A stretch of DNA of 62,411 nt, counting the filler, from Sphacelaria rigidula (Eukaryota): the NCBI GenBank assembly GCA_964200075.2. It is 6 parts of 6 records of this genome, joined end to end, with 100 filler letters (N's around TTAATTAATTAA, not from the genome) between each part and the next. Parts side by side here need not be neighbours in the genome. Positions count along the whole stretch, not along the records: positions 31,258 to 41,575 come from CAXNAA020006728.1; positions 41,676 to 51,993 come from CAXNAA020006729.1; 4 more parts are not named here. The stretch is one strand, 5' to 3'. The translations under genes and the position numbers were made by a program. Of the stretch, positions 36,569 through 48,979 are shown in pieces (the first letter of the stretch is position 1; every line of letters begins with the position of its first letter). Below the pieces are notes generated by a model, which saw only the letters and a program-made list of their open reading frames with translations, was not told the DNA's origin and did no database searches.

Positions 36569-39500
36569 AAGCATTGCAAGAAACACCACAACCGTTCCTG
36601 ATGATTGTATCTCGCAGGATCGTGAGCTTAATGCATGAGTTTATTGTGTATTGTCTCCCTGGTCGCCCTTTGAACTATCTCGAAACGATTGTGGTGACCG
36701 ATCAGGAATCGTATCTTTGGCCAGTGGAATAGGGTTATGGTGCCCCTGTCTTCCGTATATTGTATCGCCGACCTTGGCGGAGGGGGCTGGGTCGGGGACG
36801 AGGGGCGGAAGAACGCACCATCATATATGCGGTCTACAGGGAACTAATGGATGGACACGGCCTTTTCCACGGCAAATAGAAGAGACGTTGCGATTAGCTC
36901 GCGAGACAGGAGGGGTGACACGACATGCTGTTTCGTTCATTCCTCAGCCGATGGCAATGTCACCACATGCCCTTGAAAGGGACTGATCAGAGGGGTGGAG
37001 AAGGGAAAGCGACAGAGGAAATCTCGCTTGAATTAATTCATGAAAAAAAACTCTTTCAATCTAGGGTCACTCGGCCGTTCGTGTTTTCACTTCTACTGTC
37101 ACGGGAAAGCATATGTATGAGTGTTGACCTTTGGACGGGCTTACTCATCGGGCCTCACACCCACTTATTTTATCCCGACTCCGCGCCTCGAACAGGAGAG
37201 TCCAGCTACGAACAGCCCCAAGGCTGGGAGTGGTTGACGGCAGACTCTGCCGCACTTGTGGAGTCAGCATCGTACGAGGTGGACAGCAGCAACACTGACT
37301 GGACCTACGACACCGATGAGGTCAGTTCGCGCCAGACCTCGAGACAGTCGGCCACTTATGCTAGCTGTGGGGACTGAATAATAGCTGATGATAGGTGCAA
37401 GAGCCTCTGCATCGATGACTGTGAGAGTGTGTATACCAAGCTAAGGACTGATCCTGCGATGGATGGGGGGGATGGGGGGGATGGGGGAGAAGGGGGTGTT
37501 TTGAGCCAATTGCTGCACGGAGGAGCCACTTTGTAGTGTTGCTGCACGCGAAAATGCGCATGAACGCTTTTGTTATGAAAAATATCGAGTTCGTATAAAG
37601 CCATTTGACACCATTTGCACCCACAGGAAAGTCCTTTTCTAGTGTATAAAGGTCGTGTATACACTCGCGACCCACCCAATCGTTTCGTGCAAGCCCAGAG
37701 AGGGCAGGTTGGAATAATGTGAAGTAGCGTAGCCGAGAGGGTACGGAAGGACGTAGGAGGAAACCAAGACGTCATAATGTCCAAAGGTGAATGCGGGAAG
37801 TACAAGACAGAAGTATGAGGTATGACAGAATAAAAAAGAGGAAAACAAGTGTCAAGACGGAAAGTAGACGCGAAAGAGCACCTAAAAATATACGGGGGGC
37901 TGAGAAAAGAGAGAGGGATGAAAACATATCTGCACGGCCCGAGTGATTACGCGAAAACGTTGAAGGGGCGATTTCGGATCGGGGACCTGGACCTGCCGGA
38001 GAGAAGAAGAAAGAGGTACACGAGAAGTCGGGTGGAGGACGAAGTAGATGCACAAAATTGCCCCTGTGGCAAATCAATGGAGAGTATACCGCATATAGTG
38101 ACGGACTGTGAACTGTACAAGGAGAAACGCGACGTGTTGTGGGGAGAAATGTGGGAAGTAAATGAAGGTGGCATGAAAACGTTTGGTGCATTAGATGGTA
38201 GCGAGAAAGTGTTCACTGTACTAGGCGGTGGATGGTGGCCACAGGCAGCGAAACATAAAAGGAGATAAGATATGTAAAATATATTTGTGCGATTTACGGA
38301 AGAGTCACAATGAGCGCCCAAACGCTGGCGGTGTTTTTTATTAGGAGCAGGAACGGTACTTCGTCTCGAAAGGGATGCGTGATCAATGGTCAAACGACCA
38401 AGGCAAGCAGGGAATTAGTACGCTCCCCCCTCTCCCTCCAACGACGGCGTTGGTACAGCCGGTAGAAACAGCCCTTGCGTAGGTGCACCGTACAATTCTG
38501 ACATACGCGTGACTGATACTGTACTATCGCCGTTTCTTGAGCACACGCAGGTGTCTCTTGTTCTGTGTGTATTTTCCGTTGTTGTGTACGTCTCTGCCGT
38601 CGTTCCGATTCGCCAGAATACAGCAGGCAGCGAGGAAATCATGACGGCGAGGGGGAGCCGATGGCAAGCGCACTGGGAAACAGCAACAGGGACGTACTTC
38701 TATCACAACGCGGTGAGACGATACAACGATGCGCCGGTGCTGAACCATCCCATGATGGAGACTAGGTCATATTCCACGGGCACGTACAATAGGATGGATG
38801 GACGCCTACAATCCGTAGAGCTACTACTACGTGTTCACCTCCCAGCGCCGAGAAGATGCGGAAGCACGGAACGCACACCCTAGTCACTCACCAGACACTT
38901 GTTTGCTAAGACTGGGTGATGCTGTGCATTTCATTTCAGGAGCCGTATTTTATTGTCGAACGCCCGCCCTGGCTACTGAAGGTTCACATCGGGTGCAAAA
39001 TTAGCTCAGTTGTCATAACACACGCTCTCAAGGGCCGGCCTCTTCGATTCCCAACATGTCGACAGCATAATCCACGGTCATGTGCTGGTAACATGGTTGG
39101 AAAGGATATTTTTCGTCTCGTGCATGATCAGCGCCACACAGACATTCCTCGAAAGTATCATCATCGTTTGCGTTTGGTTTACATATCACGGATGACGGCC
39201 GTTCTTCGCTGTCATCCTTCATGCCGAGCTATTAGTTTTTGCGCGTGAATCCTACCAAGCTGTACTTGCAGCGGGATCGCCATGCCGATTCATGATTTTT
39301 ATTGATCACGTCACTTCTTGCGATACAACGTGCACACTGCGTACCACCCGGGTAGACACAGCTTCTACGACGAGTGGCAATTCTGATCATTTTCCATCGG
39401 ACGCGCACCACCCGGGAGAACGTTTTGTTCGTGTGTTGTATCTACACACCGAATTGGTGACGATGCAGGAAACAGGAGAAACAACGTACGATCGGCCTCA

Positions 39501-41188
39501 GGGGATATTGACGGCAATAACACCGGTGGACGAAGGCGCATATGCACAGGGACAAGGAGAGATAGATCCCAACTCGGGCTGGGCCAAGTACTATGACGTC
39601 GAATATCAGGCAGAATACTACCACAACCACAGGCAAGACTGGGCAGCGGGTACAGGACAATTCACGCCCGGGGGAACCCGGGGGGGGCGGGGGGGGGAAG
39701 GGGAGGGGTACTCATTACCTTGCATGCGATAGTCATAAGACCATTGACCTCGCATCCCTACAAAGCCGGGACGGAGCACGCCGGTTTTCGCCGGGCCAGG
39801 GTTGCAATCACTCACCAAGCGTGAAGCGCCGTGGTGTGTTCACTCGGGGGAGGGGAGAGGGGCGGGGGGTTAGCATTGTTGTCGACGAGAAATGGCAAGC
39901 TTCTGGCTTCCGACGGATGTCGGTATCACTTGTACGTGAAGTCGATGTAGCACGCGCAAGGATGTGCATGTGCGTGCGATAAGTTGCGAAGCTCTCTGTC
40001 ATGTAACGGTGCCGCACCTCATGTGAAAATCTGCACGTTTGATTATTGTGGCCGACAGCGGCGCTTGAGTTCACAAACACCAGTGTGTATGCAGTCGTTG
40101 CCGTCGTTTTCGCGTTTGGCGGGCGGATCCTACCTCACTTTAGACCTCCGGGGCGTCCACAAAAGCTCGTACTCTGACACGACCTTGAGGTCATGCTTGC
40201 ACCCTGAGAGTGGTGTGGTGTTCGTGAGATAACAAGCAAGAAGCTTTCGACGAAGTCAACATGGAGCGTGAAGTCTTTCACCTAGCCTCCAGCTACCCCT
40301 CCCCTGCCCTCCCCTCACCCACCCCTTTTCAGGGTTGGCACCGGTTGGCAACGACGCTGTGAAACACGCCACTCACTGCGTGAGCTATGCAACCAGGTTA
40401 TCCGGGGGGGGGTTCGCGTGCGTTTTGGGGGGGTGATAACCATGTTGGTGGTCGAGCTAGATCTTATTGTACGGGGTAGAGAACTCGCACTCCGCGGCAA
40501 AGGGGATGCACGTACTATGTAGTGTTCACAGGGTGAGACGCCCATAAGGTACAGTGTGACCCGTGGCTGCCTCTGGAAGTGGCGATACCAGAACATGAAG
40601 CAACTTACTGAAGGCTGTCACCCAAATGCAAGATAGTCAGTATGCTTCGGGCCGGTCAATGTTGGCAAGATACAGCTCAACCTTCATGCGTCCCGCAAAA
40701 CACATTACGGCGCTCCGCGCTTGGTGATTGCGAGCCTTGTCCGACGAGAATCCGGCGTGCTCCATCCCGGCTTGTACGAATCAGAGGTTAACCATCTTAT
40801 GACTACGGCATCCAAGATCATGAGTGACCCCCCCCTCCCCCCCCCTCCTTCTCCATCCCCGTCTTAGTCCTCGCAAACTAGATGCGTGTTATACTGAATG
40901 CAAGCCCGTACAAAACAGCCACACACGCATATACACATATACATTGCGGCTGTGTCTTGTTCCGGGAAACATGAGTCGACATTTCCCCCACCTCAGTCTT
41001 TCACGCTCTCGTCACAAAACCCCTGTCTTCTGCTCTGTCGCAGCACGTCAGAAACACAGTATGAGAGACCTGCGACTTACGAGACACCTCGAAGCGGCGC
41101 CGTTACGGGAGCACTGGCGATAGCAGCAGACGTGAATGCCCCTGCGGAATCTGGGAGTCCATACGGATACGCGGGGGTCGGATCATGA
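31534..41188 (+). CDS. 3' part of a B-box zinc finger plus multiple WW-domain protein (7 exons)
   Basis: Exons 31534-31677 (VTGEIRWRRP...CGDC...CSDCGEFYCSACYRK), 34984-35103 (VHGGGKRLRH), 35977-36106 (W...FYNEQT, GC donor), 37196-37320 (GESSYEQP), 38617-38712 (WQAHWETATGTYFYHNA), 39469-39632 (ETGETTYDRP...WAKYYD...YYHNH, GC donor), 41044-41188 (STSETQYERP...*). WW motifs are rebuilt only across these junctions. Confidence 0.88.
34360..34452. repeat. Degenerate (GA/GACA)n simple repeat
   Basis: GAGGGAGAGACAGG...GACAGACAGAGAGAGAGAAAGACA...GAGACAGACAGAGAG. Confidence 0.7.
36538..36566. repeat. (AT)n microsatellite
   Basis: About 14 perfect AT units. Confidence 0.9.
37849..38440 (+). mobile_element. 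5'-truncated non-LTR retrotransposon (ORF2 C-terminus plus 3' UTR) inside an intron
   Basis: Peptide KTYLHGP...RFRIGDLDLPERR...CPCGKSMESIPHIVTDC matches the C-terminal CCHC zinc-knuckle region of LINE ORF2 proteins; ends GTACGCTCCCCCTCTCCC. Shorter 3' copies at 59112-59230(+), 45549-45628(-) and 52615-52672(-). Confidence 0.8.
39680..39804 (-). mobile_element. C-tailed SINE-like element (copy 3)
   Basis: Homologous to 1824-1957; G tract at its 3' end. Confidence 0.7.
40733..40848 (+). mobile_element. C-tailed SINE-like element (copy 4)
   Basis: TCCGGCGTGCTCCATCCCGGCTTGTACG...CAAGATCATGAGTGACCCCCCCCTCCCC. Confidence 0.65.
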
Positions 41189-41575
41189 AAACGTACCTAC
41201 CGCCTTCGCGAAACCCAGGTTGTCTGGTGGGGGCATGCGTGATTCTTGTTTCGACGCACATGCATACGTTGTTCGCTGTGGTATCTAGATACACTGTAAA
41301 TATCGTAGATGGGAAATTTATCGTCCGTTCTGGGTGAGCGAGTTAAGAAACGGACCCCTCCATGACGCAGGAGCTGCTGCAGCGTGCTTGCTTAGATGAG
41401 AGCGAGGAGTGCCTTTGGAGCGGAGCATCATGCTCCTTTCAGGGCCAAACTGCGTTGCCTCATAGTCTCTATGTCGTCCTGTTTGACCCCTCTTTCTTTT
41501 TTTCTTCTATTCCTATTTTTTTCTGTTTTTTTTTTTTTGTTTAGTGCGTTTTTCTGTTTCGTTTTTTTTTGGTAT

Positions 41576-41675
41576 NNNNNNNNNNNNNNNNNNNNNNNNN
41601 NNNNNNNNNNNNNNNNNNNTTAATTAATTAANNNNNNNNNNNNNNNNNNNNNNNNNNNNNNNNNNNNNNNNNNNN
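41576..41675. other. Artificial 100-bp linker
   Basis: N44-TTAATTAATTAA-N44. Confidence 0.97.
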
Positions 41676-41778
41676 GCCATATCCTGTTTAAAGCTCTCCA
41701 TGGCGACTGATACTGCTTGATACATCTGTACATTGCCTGATGCGCACAACACCCGAATTATAGTACAGAAAGTTTGTA

Positions 41779-42136
41779 CCTGCACCTGAAAATAGATTGG
41801 ATGAAACTTTTGGTCTTCACCTAACCCTGCCGTTACATACATACGTTTATTTTTAGCAACATAAAGCCACCGTTTCATGTATATGCAGGACACGTCATTC
41901 GTAGCCAGCCTCATTGGTCGTTCTGGAGGCCCAGTCCCAAAAGGGTTATAGTCCCAAAAGGGTTATTAACCATAACTCTTCTGCGACTGGGCCTCCAGAA
42001 CGATCAAGTAGGCTGGTGACGAATGACGTGTATGGCGTCTGCACGAAGTAAGTGGCGTGTTGCTAAAAACCCGCTCATGTAACCGCAGGGTTATGAGGAA
42101 GGCCGACAGTTCATTCAATCTATTTTCAGGTGCAGG
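41779..42136. mobile_element. ~360-bp foldback (palindromic) MITE-like element
   Basis: CCTGCACCTGAAAATAGATTG / CAATCTATTTTCAGGTGCAGG; CACGTCATTCGT / ACGAATGACGTG; TCGTTCTGGAGGCCCAGTC / GACTGGGCCTCCAGAACGA; almost no unpaired spacer. Confidence 0.8.
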
Positions 42137-43059
42137 GTGCGCACTGGGTGGTGCACATCTGATGTAGCAAGCGGTACAGGTCGCGATAGAGAGCTTTCAA
42201 CAGGGTGCGGCGACCGGCGGGCCGCCCGCCACTTGTGGCCTTGGATGATATTATTGTCTCCAACTTGCCACACAGCCCTTTGTGGTCGGGGAGAGGCGCC
42301 ATTTCCCTCTTTGCTGCATGCGGCAAATTCTCTTCGGAGGGTATCAGCGTTGCGATGCGCATGCATACAGTATAGTACAGTGCAGTGCAGTACGCCTCTC
42401 CGACTGCAGGAGCAGCTGCCGCTGCATACTCCATTGCACGTTCTGGGCACTTCTCAGCCACCGATATCAATTGCCTATATAACTCTCCTTCATCCCCGCC
42501 CACTACATACACGTTGACAGCACACTGTAAGCCATCGGCAGAGGCATAGGCAGAATTCATGACGGTAGAGTAACTCCTTTTGTCTTTCAACGGCCCACCT
42601 GGGTTTAGTGCCTCGTGAAAATAATCGCACTGTAGCGTGTATACTTCTTCCCGGTTTTTCCCTCTCCACCCTGTGTTAGTGTAATTACTGCATTTTAGTA
42701 TAAGCTGGCGACCCCCAAAAACTCCCGGAAACTCCCGGGAACGCTATACTGGATGCAAGTAATGCCATAAACCAAGCTGCGACCATCCTGGCTTGGTAAA
42801 ACTGGGAAGACTTATCTGGGCCAGGGATAGGGCCCCCACACAATCTTTGCAATAATATCACACTCGGCAACAGTCTTCGCGCTGGTCGTTCGGGTCTGGT
42901 CGATAAATTTCGCCTCGCCGTGATTGGGCAGGTCGCTCCCTGGCTTATTTTTCATAATTTCACCAACACAGGTTCAACGCCGTGTTGGTGGGGGTCGATC
43001 CCAAAAGGGTTAATCGGACTCCAAAGGTGTCTGTGTTTCAAGAGGGAATGGGAACAAAC

Positions 43060-43870
43060 CGTCGTCACGTGCGTGATCCACTAGTGCCGACTGCAATAGA
43101 CGCGTGTCTTAGGACGCGTGTGTTCAATGAAAGACATGAACGGGGCTTCGGTGCTATGTGGTTTCGGCAAAAGTGGGCCGACGACTTTATGCTGTATTTT
43201 GTGCCGTCTTGATCACGCAGTATAGTTTACCGTTGGAGAGTGAGAGTCAGTCCAACTTGATTTAATGTGGACACCGAGATCCGGATACTTAATGAGGGCT
43301 GTGCTCCTGGCGTGCTCCTAGAGCGTGCAGAACGCTTCTTGTCTGAATCGGCGCCTGGGGCGTCGATTTGAGGTCTGGCAAAGCACACTTCGCCTAGTGG
43401 ATAGATTGCACCCCCCTTGCCCGAGGGGTCTCCGTGTGCCTTCGTTGGAGTCAAGGTTAGGGCCTTCGGGTCAGGGTTAGTGTTACAGTGTGTTCGCTTC
43501 GCTGCTGCTACATCGCAAAGGTTCTTACTTTCTTCGTGCGGCTCATTATTGACGGCTGTTGGAGTGTGTTGCCATTGCATTCAAGATACTGCTCGGCATT
43601 TCTCTTGCAGATTTTTCGTCTCGCCAGCGTGCATTGTGGCTCTCTTTCCTCCTTCAGTCTGCCCATACTTGCCGCCAGGAGATATTATATACTAAGCTAC
43701 GCTATCGATGGTGGCGTGGTGATTGCATTGAGTGCAGGAGAACGAGCGCTACTCTTTCCGCCGACACGAGCGATGAACAGACGGGAGTATGTGTCTCGCA
43801 GGGACAGCTTATGGGGGATCGGTCGAGGATTCAAAGTCTACACCTCTCAAACATTACACACATTTGATGT
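43060..43870 (+). repeat. Second copy of the 10445-11240 repeat
   Basis: Colinear reverse complement of 10445-11240; contains degenerate GGTTAGGG/GGTCAGGG units at about 43450-43482. Confidence 0.75.
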
Positions 43871-45429
43871 GCCACTCATCTGTGCTATGTTGCCACTGCC
43901 GTTTGTACCACTATCAACAGTCATTCATGGGTGTCATCTATTCTGAAGCCATTGGACATGGGTGAGGTTTTCGCGTATCGTGTAAACTGGCGAGGGTTGG
44001 AGATGCTTGCTTGCGCTCATAGCCCAAACCGTTCCCCAAAACACTCATCGCCAAGGCCATCCATCGGTTGGGACACGACTTTTGAGCGGGATACAATTCT
44101 TTGCATCATCTGCGCCAAAACGACAGCTACAGCTACAACTTGCAGTATAGTTCACCACCTAGGAGGGTGAAAAAATTCTCAGATTGATCGATTTGATTCT
44201 AGTGTGGGCAGTGAAATCCGGATCTTCAATGGGGCTATGCTCCAGGCGTGATCCCAGCTTGCGCAGCACGCGTTATTGTCGAAATCGGCGCCTGGGGCAC
44301 CGATTTGAGGTCTGGCAACGCACCCTTTGCATATGTATAACTCTCCACCCCTCGCCCCAGGGTTCTCGGTGTGCCTTGGTTGGGGTCAGGGTTAGGGTTA
44401 GTTTTACAGGCTGACAGTCTTGAGACATTGGGGGTTTCCAGCGCTCGGGGGGAGGGGGGGGGGCTGTCCGCAGACCATCGGAAAAGCTCACGGAGTAAAC
44501 CATGGGGGTCTGGAAGTTTTCCGCGGAAAATTATGAGCCGTGCACGAGGCCCGAGAGGCGCGGGATGTTCATTCCGACCAATTACGGTCGTCAAAATGAG
44601 CACATTTGTTCCGGTTGGGGTGGACTACATTGGAGTAATTCGCTGTTTACCCCCACGGCTCCTTTTGGTCATGGGGAATAAGCCATAGATTACGTGGGTA
44701 CAAATAACTTGTTCCGTATTCTGCTCGTGGTCTACGCCGCCTGCCTGACCCCTCATGTGCTGCGAGCATGGCTTCACAATGTCTGCAGTGATATTGTTGA
44801 GCACCAGGTAGATCGGACTAATGTGCGGAAATGATGATAATGATAATATTAAGGCAGAGGCACCCACAGCATGCAGTAAACCGTGTTCACTGAAGAGCGA
44901 TGGCTCAATTATACTCTCTCTTGCCGTTGTATCCAGTGAAGACATACAGCACACATACCGATTCTGCACGCAATTGACTGTCGCGTCGAAACTGGTCAGG
45001 GTTTTTCCGGGACCATTTTATATCTAGGGATGGCCAATTTCCACATATTCATGAAAAAGGCGTTTTGTGTAGCGAGAAAAGAGCAGTTTTGAACCCCAAA
45101 TGTGGCATGGTCCAAATCAGTCCACCTGCGGGGGGGTCGTTGTCTAAGGGTTAACGGGCTGGGAACCACCGCGGAGAACAAAGGAAGCGTCCAAAAACAG
45201 CATGTTGATTGGTAGGTAATCATTGCTTTGCTCTGCGCCGTGATTCGGGCTCTCAGGCCTCTGCTCAGGATGTTTCTCATGCAGCCGTTTCTTGCTGTCG
45301 AAAGTTAGGGCGTGTCTTACCACATTAGCTTTCGATCGAAAGTGCGGCGGACGCTCTTTACGAGCCCCCCCCCCCCCCCCGGGGCAGGAGTTGGGGGGTG
45401 GAGAAGACGGCGGCCAAAAAGAGGCAGCG

Positions 45430-45646
45430 AATGCACGGTCCTGGGTTCGTTCTCGCCACTGTCGCCAATATAAGGCGCTTCATGCAGCCTGAACCCAAAC
45501 ATTAGGCACTGTCACGGCCATTTTTTGTGACACTTTTGCGCTGGTTTGGGGGGGGGGGAGGGGGAGGTGCTCATTTGTTGCTTGCCTTAGTCGTGTGACC
45601 ATTGACCACGCATCCCTTTCGAGACGAAGCTATCGTAGAAAGTGTC
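45430..45646. mobile_element. Right part of a GACAC-TIR MITE, interrupted in its G tract by a LINE 3' end
   Basis: AAGGCGCTTCATGCAGCCTGAACCCAAA...GCTGGTTT G-run [LINE 3' end, minus strand] GCTATCGTAGAAAGTGTC. Confidence 0.75.
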
Positions 45647-45710
45647 GGCGGAAAGCAAAAATCCCGATATCATAAATCGTAATTTCAACAATCGTCCTTA
45701 ATTTTGAAGA

Positions 45711-46775
45711 TACAGTAGTGGGCGGTCTAAGCATTCATTTTGTGGCATTAATTGGCGATTTTCTTGGGCTCTTTTCGTTTATCACCGCTTGTCACGTTGG
45801 GGATCTAAAAATATTTGTATCCGCTCCTCATTCCAAGAAAAAAAATCTTGGGCACTCATTATTGAATAACTTACGGGCTGACCTGTCATCGGGGGTCCTG
45901 CCACGTTTCAACCCAGATTCTTCCTCTTCGGTATTATCGGTCAATTGAGCTTGTCCCGATCTTATTTGTGAGGAAACGTACAGTTTCTTTTTTTTTATTT
46001 CTACCTACTCATTGCACTAGAGCCGAAAAACAGTGTTTCACGGTCAATAACACCCTCCCGATAAACGGGGTATTTACTCGTATCGCCCGATAACACCAAC
46101 CGACACTGACTTGGGCACTGTGTTCCGATGATGGTATGTTTATTGTGCCAAAATCTACCTACGCTAACATTTTCGAGTTCTATCGAAGAGTAGTACGCGA
46201 GGAAAATCTCAAAACACCGCTGAATAGTTAGACCGCCCACTACTGTATTCATTTTGTGGCAATTTTGTGATTTTTTCGTGATGGGCGATTTTCTCGGGCT
46301 CTTTTCGCTTGCCACCGCGTATCACATCGGGGATCTCAAGATATTTCCATCCGCTCCACATTCGAAAAAAAATCGTCTATACTCGATATTGAGTGACATA
46401 CGGGCCGACCCGTCATCGGGGGTCCTGCCCCGTATCAGCCCAGTTTCTTACTCGTCTGTACTTGAGGTCGATCGAACCTGTCCCGATCATACTTGAGAAG
46501 AAATGTACAGTATCGCTTTTGAGAAATTCTGCCTACTTATTGCACTAGGGCCGAAAAACTGTGTTTCCCGGTCAATTACACCCTCGTGATAAACAGGGTG
46601 TTTACTCGTTTCGCCCGATAACATCAACCGACACTGACTTGGGCACCGTGTTTCGAGGATGATCTGTTTATTGTACCAAAATCAACCGAGGCTAGCAATT
46701 TCGAGTTCTACCGAAGAGTAGTACGAGAGGAAATGCCCAAAACACCCGTAAATGGTTAGACCGCCTACTACTGTA
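45711..46775. mobile_element. Tandem dimer of a ~535-bp TA-flanked MITE (Tc1/mariner-like ends)
   Basis: Unit 1 (45711-46247) has TACAGTAGTGGGCGGTCTAA / TTAGACCGCCCACTACTGTA ends; unit 2 (46248-46775) is colinear, lacks the left TIR and ends TTAGACCGCCTACTACTGTA. Confidence 0.8.
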
Positions 46776-48839
46776 GTTAAAATCACGACCCATCATATCG
46801 GGATTTCGGTTTTCCACCACATTTTTGTCATCGGAAAATGATGTGCCAAGACACGGCGTCTTTCGATATCGAGCGAAAAATCGTTTATTACACAGTCGAT
46901 ATGTCCCATTCCTGATCTTGAACTTCCGACGATATATGTTTCATGTCATACCGGCAGGAAATGTGAGGGTTTTCCAGCGCACCAGCTTTGCCGATTCTTC
47001 ATATCGAAAATATACTGGAGTATGACCTCACTCTCCGACAAGACCCGGCTCAGGGCGCTTCGAGTGCTCACCAAGCGGCTTGCGAAAAAATCTCGACAAC
47101 CTCCGTGTAAGCGATGCAGCGCCACTACAACAAAAACCAGAACACGGGTGGCCTCTTACAGTCCGCGACGCATTTTGTTCTACTCTGCCCCACTCTCCTT
47201 CACACTACGCTGCGTCTTGCAGCGGGAGGGCCAGTTGCTGTCGGGAGCAATGGTTGAACTTTTCTTCAGAGACTCGGACCGTTTGCCACAGGTGTTGTTG
47301 ATAAATTTGTGTCGACTGAAGTATCATGCACTGCCGGGACCCGGACACGAAGCGCATCAACGAGTCACCTTTTATTGTATTCGTCAATCAATGCTGCCAT
47401 GACGTGTTCCACTACGCTCTGGTATAGGCGGCGTCGTGGGGTCGATGTTCCGAAGCGCGGACGACAGGAGCGATTCATTCTTGAACTCAAATATTAGAAG
47501 ATGAGAATAACTCCTGTTTCCTTGTATTTGGTCGTCGTCACAAACACCAACATCTTCCAGACAATAACACAGAGAATCACCGACTCACCACTAATAAGCT
47601 AATGACCCTCCAATAGCTCCGCACTGCACCGTAATCACAGCACAGTCAGTATTTGGTGTATTCCGTATCTGAAAGTTGGGCATTTCTGAGGAATACATCC
47701 ACAGATGTCCATCATCGAGTTCAGACCGGCGGTCATTACATAAATCTTTGAAGTGCTAAGATCGCAAGTGCTAGTATATGTTTTGAGCCAGGGGGAACGA
47801 GCATTTATTAATGCTATATAAAAAACATATCTCACCTAGAGACTCAACTGGGGAAAATTAATGGCCAAATTCAACGATGGAGTGGTAGATTTTTCATTTT
47901 TCACATGACATCACTACATGAAAGTAGGCTTCGTGAAGTATGGCAGAAGTTCGCGCGTAGCATCTGTAGAATCTTTCATCGTCTCGCACAATCTTCGCGA
48001 TTCCGTCAATTGGTGACTAACATTATCATGTGTTGATACCCCTACGTTTTTGTCAACACGCATCGCATGGTAGGTGCATCTCACAGGGTACTGTACAGTT
48101 GTTGTGGTACCTGAGGAGGAGGTACTGTTCACCGCAACCGTACAGTACCACTTTGTTCACAATTGCATTGCTACAAATGGCATCGACGATGATGGGGGTC
48201 TACCGTCCGCGGACTCTCGAGCATCATGTTGTGCAGCAGCGTCCAGTGTCCGCAGGGAGCCGGGCATGGCGAGGTGCGATCGATGGACGCCTCGTCACGG
48301 TACTCTTGTTCCTTATGGTACTATAGTACAGTAGTGTGTGTCGCAGATCTTCTGGCATCAAGGCGGAGCACTCGGAGTCACCAGGAGCAAAGACAACTGA
48401 CTAAACCTGTACTAAGCAGTTGGTACTGTTGTACTGTGGTGTTTCATGTCTCGTGCCAAAAACCAACTCCACAAGTGCATTATCATGGTTGATCCAAGGA
48501 CAACCCTACCGACATACAAACAGTACGCCAAGGACATTCACGAGTAGTGCAGACTTGCGCTGAAGTTCCTCGAGGAACACGTTTACAAAATTGTGATATT
48601 TTCACCTAAAATGCACAAACAACAGTAGTAGCCGGAGGGATAGAAGGGTGTCCAGTGTTTCACTGGCGCGCAACAGCCCGATCCTTGCACTACTGATCCC
48701 TCCCAGTAATCCTGCCGACCCGTGGCCCATCATGAGCAACGTGGATCATGACACAGGTAGCTAGTGCACACGCACGCACCCACAAGATGCATGATTCTTC
48801 AAATCCCGTGATCGCGTTTCTGTGGCTTCAAAACTCAGG

Positions 48840-48979
48840 ACAGGGCAACATGAACGAACCCCGTCGCGACTCCATGTTGGAGAGAGGGGTGATCGGAGGA
48901 CCCCCCCCCCTGGTGCGAGACGCGCCAGCCTTCACGGTCGCCGAGGTGCAGCGATTGCTTGCCGAGAAGGACAAAGAGG
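48840..48979 (+). CDS. Isolated candidate exon with a coiled-coil-like end
   Basis: After CTCAG the frame reads GQGNMNEPRRDSMLERGVIGGPPPLVRDAPAFTVAEVQRLLAEKDKE, followed by AG|GCGAGC. No partner exons could be linked. Confidence 0.3.

Noticed and set aside
44720..44830. IVKPCSQHMRGQAGGVD resembling the piggyBac YNxxMGGVD motif
   Set aside because: The match is short and gapped, with no other transposase motif nearby.
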